Positions 58,498 through 64,000 of a stretch of 64,000 nt of DNA are shown one piece after another. Each line of letters starts with the position of its first letter. Position 1 is the first letter of the stretch. A model generated the notes under the pieces. The model saw only the letters and a list, made by a program, of their open reading frames with translations, had not been told where the DNA came from and did not search any database. This DNA is from Mycoplasmoidaceae bacterium. Its GTDB lineage: Bacteria; Bacillota_I; Bacilli_A; Mycoplasmatales; Mycoplasmoidaceae. The stretch is from positions 6,343 through 70,342 of the forward strand of contig JAZRUX010000018.1 in the NCBI GenBank assembly GCA_045598825.1, written 5' to 3'. The position numbers and the translations under genes are program-made.

Positions 58498-58598
58498 TAC
58501 TTAACTTTTTTTATTCATCATTCATTTTTTCTTAAATTTTCTAATTTTTAGGTAAATATACATATGGGAGAACCCTACGATGTAGGGTTAATATTTTC

Positions 58599-58967
58599 AT
58601 GGAAAATTTTGTCAAAAACTATTCATATAATCAAGTTATCGAAGAGCATGACGTCTTGATTATGACACAACAAGAATATTTAACAAATAAAGAACAACTA
58701 GACAATCCAAAGATGATTGTCTGTGTTAATCGTCAAGGTGGAATTAAAGAGCCAAAGATTCCTAAATGATTCCAATCATATAAGAAAGAAAATGATGCTA
58801 AATTTGAACAAATTAGTGCAAAGTTTGAACAGATAGATGAAAAGTTTGAACAAATGAATAATCAAATGCCGCAATGGTTTAAAATATGGCATGAACAAGA
58901 GTTTAAACCACTTATCATTGATGTTTCAAATATTAAGGAAGTTTTAAAGAAAAATAATCTTCACTAA
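58599..58967 (+). CDS. Hypothetical coiled-coil protein, 122 aa
   Basis: ATG 58599, one TGA, TAA 58965-58967. Heptad-like ..AKFEQISAKFEQIDEKFEQMNNQ.. No SD lies close to the ATG. Confidence 0.45.
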
Positions 58968-59009
58968 TAAAATAGTCTTGAAATAGTAACAAGGATTTAT
59001 AATTAATTA

Positions 59010-60335
59010 ATGCGTACAAATTTTAAAAGAAATATATTATCTACCATTTTTATGCCAATGTCATTATTGGCTATTGCTCCTATTTTACCAACAACTTTAT
59101 CAAGTTGTAGTAATGATAAAATCTCAGCTGGAACAATGTTTGCTCATATTCAAGAAGCAAGCGAAATGACATATTACATTCGATCAACTAATGCAAACAT
59201 CCCAGATTTATGATACTCAACTGATAAATGTATTACTTGAAATCAATTAATACCAACACAAGAAACAGATATGGAATATCAGGTTAAAGTCGCTTTACCG
59301 GCTAATTGTACTGTATATTTTAAAGGCAACAACCCACAAGGTTGATGCAAAGATGAATATGATGAAGCGACAATTAGAATTAATTCCCCTTTCTCAATTG
59401 GTGGTAATGTAATGTCATTGCTAGACAATGGCAAAGGTGAATTAAGAAAAATCCCTAATCCATATTGCTTCCGTTATTTATTTAATACTGCAACAAGGCT
59501 TATTGCTGTTGAAAATGATTTCTTACCAGCTACTGAATTACAACTTGGGTGCTACCAAAGTTTATTTAAAGACTGTCACAATTTAATTGTGCCACCAGCC
59601 TTACCAGCAACAACGTGTTCTCCATATTGTTATCATCGAATGTTTATGGCTTGTCAATCATTAACAAGAGTACCATCATTACCAGCAATGCAACTTGCTA
59701 AATATTGTTATAAGGAAATGTTCTGAAGTTGTATCAGTCTTCCTTCTTTAGCAAAGGAAAATATGTTACCAGCTAGAGAAATGGCTGAAGGGTGCTATGA
59801 ACGAATGTTTCAACAATGCATTGCTTTAGGTAGATTAATTATTCCAACATTGTTACCAGCGACAAAACTTGCTAACCGTTGTTATTATGGGATGTTTGGT
59901 GATTGTGAAAATCTATCTATTGTTCCCTTGCTACCAGCAACAGATTTAGCAGAGGAATGCTATTCCTTCATGTTTGATGATTGTGACCGATTAGTTGATG
60001 TATCAAAATCTTTGTTTTTAAGAGCAACGGTTCTAAAACCAAAATGCTATCGTGATATGTTTCTTGATTGCAAAAATCTTGAAGTTGGTCCAACAATTGT
60101 TGAAGCAACAACTGCAGAACAATGTTATGAAGAAATGTTCCAAGGTTGCCAATCATTAACACAGATTGAAGTTCATTTTCATCATTGAAATGGCAATGCT
60201 ACCAATGACTGAGTTGCTAATAGCGATGATTATGACTTTCCAGCATCAGGAACATTTAAATGCCCGGTTGATTTACCACAAACACGTGGCACTAGTTTTA
60301 TCCCTGAGGGTTGAACCATTGAAACATTTGAATAA
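59010..60335 (+). CDS. Lipoprotein of the CY/MF 26-residue-repeat family (single module, 441 aa)
   Basis: Pieces 59010, 59412 and 59763 share one frame. TTLSSC lipobox. ..VYFKGNNPQGW.., ..IGGNVMSLLDNGKGE.. and about 9 repeats of ..LPAT.L...CY..MF..C..L.. TAA at 60333-60335. Confidence 0.8.
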
Positions 60336-60364
60336 AAAAAGACGAAACGATCGTCTTTTTATTT
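60335..60364 (+). terminator. Terminator
   Basis: AAAAAGACGA-AACGA-TCGTCTTTTTATTTT. Confidence 0.6.
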
Positions 60365-60408
60365 TAACCAACTATAAAAATGTTGGAATTAATATTTTTT
60401 ATATGTAC

Positions 60409-60894
60409 TTAAACTTCCTTTATTCCAAAGAAAGAGAAATAATATTCTCCACTTACTTCAGCTTCTGGTGCAACAGTAATATAGCAATCTAGCCGACTGC
60501 AGTTTCTAATCTTTTCTATTTCTGCTGCATCTTTGAAATTGATGTTCACATAAGGGAACGGCTGTCCAGACAATTCACCTTTAACTTCTTCTCCTTTATC
60601 AGTAGTGAATTTAAAGTCTTGGTCAAATTTGACTTCTCCTAAATCTTCATCCTTTTTGGTAATGATAAATGAAAATTTTGAATATTTTTCTACAACTTTT
60701 CATGCATTCATATCAATAGTGAAGGTATATTTTGCCCCTGGTTCTATCTCATATGTTTGCTTAGTGCAAATAATTGCACCATAGTCGGTTTGTGTATACT
60801 TATCAAGAACAATACCAGATTTGTTACAACTTACCAATGTAACGATTGGAGCTACAGACGTAGCTAATAATGTTGGAATTAATATCTTTTTCAT
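60409..60894 (-). CDS. Small lipoprotein, 161 aa
   Basis: MKKILIPTLLATSVAPIVTLVSC lipobox. ORF 60700..60894 extends through one TGA to TAA 60409-60411. Confidence 0.65.
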
Positions 60895-60977
60895 ATAAAT
60901 ATTATATCTCTTTATTTGTTAAAGAGATGTTTGGTGACAAAGTCAAAAGACAAAAAGTTTAATTGTTTTTAGCAATT

Positions 60978-61463
60978 CTATGAATCATTTAAAATTGCAA
61001 ATCTAATTGCACCAATATCTTTGTTTAAAACAAAGCTAATTTGCACTTCACCAGTTAATTTAAATGGAATGCCGTCTTTAGCATAAACTCCAAAATAAGG
61101 ATAATCGTAGCCCCATCCACCTTCTTCAAACTTTTCAGGGTCCATTTCATTAAAAGATTGGTTATTAACTGCCACTCTTTTAAAGGTTGGTACCATTTTT
61201 TTATCAGTAGTATCAAAAAATAAAACTATTAATGGAGTTTCTTGTATTTTCTTTACTTTTGATAAATTAGTTGTTACTGTATATAAAGTATCTTTCTTTA
61301 GTTGTAATAAACTTGATTCAAATGTAAAGTTATCATCAGTATCAGTCTTTAACTCGGTAGTGATCACATTGCCAAGGTAAGAATTGCAGCTTGCTATAGA
61401 AGTTGTTGCAGCAACAACCGAAATAGTAGCAAATAATGGAGTAAATAACTTGATTATTTTCAT
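60978..61463 (-). CDS. Small lipoprotein, about 161 aa
   Basis: ORF 60978..61478. The likely start is MKIIKLFTPLFATISVVAATTSIASC (ATG 61461-61463). TAG stop. Confidence 0.65.
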   Translation of the reverse strand: MKIIKLFTPLFATISVVAATTSIASCNSYLGNVITTELKTDTDDNFTFESSLLQLKKDTLYTVTTNLSKVKKIQETPLIVLFFDTTDKKMVPTFKRVAVNNQSFNEMDPEKFEEGGWGYDYPYFGVYAKDGIPFKLTGEVQISFVLNKDIGAIRFAILNDS

Positions 61464-61512
61464 ATTTACATTATACACTTATATAAATCTTTTTGATAAG
61501 AATAGACATAAC

Positions 61513-61536
61513 AAAACTAGGTAAACCTAGTTTTTT
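61513..61536. repeat. Palindromic hairpin AAAACTAGGTAAACCTAGTTTT (copy 3 of 3), here inside a divergent promoter region
   Basis: Same stem sequence as at 6999 and 57843. No gene ends next to this copy. TATAAT and the ATG of the large LRR gene follow within 22-28 nt. Confidence 0.6.
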
Positions 61537-61556
61537 GCTGTTTCTTTCTTTATAAT

Positions 61557-64000
61557 ATGGGTATGAAAAGAAAGTTATTTATAACGTTAGCAACAATGCC
61601 TTTTGTTGCTTCACCAATTGCTTCATTAATATCATGTTCTAATGCAGCAGAAAAAATTACCATTGCAATTCAAACAGATGAATTTGGAGTAATTGTTAAA
61701 TCATCACTAATTGTAGACAAAGGACAATGCTTTGGTGATATCAAGGACGATTTAGCTGCTTGTGTCGAAGCTAAATACACATACAAATTTGCCAAATGGG
61801 TTAATAACAAAGGCGAAGAAATTAAAGATGATTTTAACATCAATGAAGATAATTTTATTGCTAAAGCACTATTTGACAAAATACAAATTGATATTAATGT
61901 AACTTGTGATCAAGAACATGGACAAGTAATCAGTCCAGTGTTTAAGGCACCAATGGGATCATTATTTAAAGACATCAAACCAGATTTGGTTGAATGTATT
62001 AGAGTAGATAATAGTGGTTATTGATTTGATAAATGAGTTAATGAAAACAAGCAAGAAATTAATGACGATTTAGAAATTGTTGAATCATTTTCAGCTAATG
62101 CAACATTTACAAATCAAACATATGACATAACCATTACTGCTGATGAACATGGTTTTATATCAGAAAATTTATTTCATTGTCCTCAAGGAACAAAGTTTGG
62201 AACAATTAAACCTTACATCAACCGATATGTAAGACCTATCTATGCTGATAAAGAATTATATGAATTTGATAAATGGGTTGATGCCACAACAGGTTTAGAA
62301 ATTGGTGATGACAAACAAATCGATAGTGCTTTGACAGTTAAAGCATTATTTAAGAAACAACAAGCTACTTTATCTATTTCTTGTGGTATTCATGGTAAAG
62401 TTGTTCACTCAACATGAAAAGTTGATCGTCATACTAAGTATGAAACAAATAAAGATGACTTAATTGCTTGCATTGAAATATCAAATCCACAATTCGCTGT
62501 TGATCGTTTTGAAAATGAACAAGGTGAAGTTATTAATGATTGATATGAATTTGTACAAGATGAAAAAATTACTGCAATTATTGAATTAGCTCCATTTACT
62601 ATTGGTGATTTTGTTTACCGTTTAGGTGAACCTAATGGTTATGCAACAGTTATTGGTTATATTGGTGACAATACTGAAATAGAAGTCCCTGGTTCAATTG
62701 AAGATGAAAAAGGTATCAATCATACAGTTATTGCTGCAGCTGACGGTCTTTTTGGCGAAAACACAAATATAACTAAAGTAACACTTCCCGAATCTTTAAT
62801 CCATCTTGGGAAAGATATGTTTTACACATGCACAAAATTGCAACTAGTAACAATTAGCAAAAATGTTACTGTTTTACCAGAACGTTGTTTTAAAAACTGC
62901 TATGAGCTAGTCGATGTTGCAATTATTGATGATGAAACAGGAAAGGTAAAAGAAATAAAAGATGCTTGTTTTCAGTATTGTTCAAAAGCAGAATTCAGTT
63001 CATTACCAAGTACAGTGGAAATATTAGGAAATCAAACATTCCAAGGTTGTGAAAAACTAACTTCAGTTAGCCTTCCTAATATTAAATCAGCTGGAACTGA
63101 ATGCTTTCGATCATGTTCTAATCTGAACAAGATTACAATCCCTTCAACTTGAGAAGTTATTGGCAAGGGTTGTTTTGAAGCTTGTGAAGCATTAACAACA
63201 GTTGACACAACTGACGGAAAAAACAGTCAACTAAGAATTCTAAGTGTTGATGCATTTAGGGGATGTCACAATTTAGTAGACATTACTATCCCTGATGCAG
63301 TAGAGCGAATCGAAGACAATTGCTTTGACAATTGTTCTGGTTTACGACATGTTGTCTTCCCTCAAGGTTTAAAGCAAATTGGAAGCGAAGCATTTGCATA
63401 TTGCCCAAAATTAGAAAATACAAGAACAGGTGGAGCACCTGGTGTGGAATATGAAGGGACATCACAAGAATGAGAAAATGTAAAGAAAATTCGTGATAGT
63501 TTCCGTGACACACCTGCCACTGACGTTACATGTGCTGATGAAGTTGTAGTAAGCATTATTCCTGATGATATAACAGTAAGAATCCATATTTTGGATCCAC
63601 ATAATGGTTCTGTTTTAAAACAAACATTGGATGTACCTGTTGATGCAACATTCCAATTTGTTGAAGATCACTGTGATATTAACCACTGTGTTAAACCAGA
63701 TACTGGTTATAGCATCAAATATTGAGTATACGAAAATGGATTAAACATTCGTTATAACGAAGTTATTTCAACCAATATTACATGTAAACCAATCATTGTA
63801 AAAGAATATACTCCTTCAGATAATGATGACATCACTTATGGTCTAGATGATGAGGATCATACTGCTATTGCATTATCACATAATAGAGACTGCCCAGAAG
63901 AAGAAATCATTCCTGAAACAATCACTGCTGATGGACAAAACTATACTGTTACTGCTATTGGGCCCGAATATTCAGCCCAATCAGCTCAAGGCATTAAAAG
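61557..64000 (+). CDS. Very large modular LRR lipoprotein (5' part; continues past the window end)
   Basis: MGMKRKLFITLATMPFVASPIASLISC lipobox. ORFs 61557 and 62817 are in frame. Four Flg_new-like repeats, BspA-type LRR units (..CFKNCYELVDV.., ..TFQGCEKLTSV.., ..CFRSCSNLNKI.., ..CFEACEALTTV..), a cap motif YEGTSQEWENV, a fifth Flg_new-like repeat and the start of a second LRR block. Confidence 0.8.

Noticed and set aside
58564-58686. A 40-codon ORF starting at ATG 58564 within the duplicated recU-like leader.
   Set aside because: It is out of frame with the 58599 ORF, has a junk-like translation and runs through the hairpin. It is treated as non-coding leader.
1-64000. Searched for mobile elements, prophage, restriction-modification, toxin-antitoxin or recombinase genes that could explain the accessory islands.
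   Set aside because: No transposase, integrase, recombinase, methyltransferase or phage structural motifs were recognised in any frame. The islands consist of lipoprotein and surface-protein genes only.

Overview
This 64-kb window is a chromosomal segment of an AT-rich mollicute (mycoplasma-like) genome. It has to be read with genetic code 4 (TGA = Trp). In the supplied standard-code ORF track, every conserved gene is broken exactly at in-frame TGA codons, and the pieces re-join in a single frame. After re-joining I count about 46 protein genes, 2 tRNAs (Gln-CUG, Arg-UCU) and RNase P RNA. The housekeeping genes are: rsmG-mnmG; a fructose-family PTS gene divergent from nagB-nagA; rnpB; the Firmicute-like string tsf-pyrH-frr-cdsA-dxr-polC; cls; recU; a fused LacA/LacB-type isomerase; a large SF1 helicase; tuf; clpB and tig-lon (clpB and lon are each preceded by a CIRCE operator); ackA; mgtA; pepD; and luxS. 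Three accessory islands sit between these blocks (1-7.0 kb, 37.4-44.4 kb, 50.8-64 kb). They encode at least 15 lipobox proteins and make up roughly one third of the window. Two leucine-rich-repeat architectures dominate them: BspA/LRR_5-type units, and a Cys-laddered 26-residue repeat (LPAT-x-L-x3-CY-x2-MF-x2-C-x2-L). The most unusual locus is a tightly coupled three-gene operon on the minus strand (44415 down to 37367). It encodes surface proteins of 885, 782 and 672 aa built from Ig-like arrays, Flg_new-like domains and these repeats. I saw no rRNA, CRISPR, transposase, integrase or prophage genes. Gene ends come from hand translation, and domain names come from motif recognition, not database searches.
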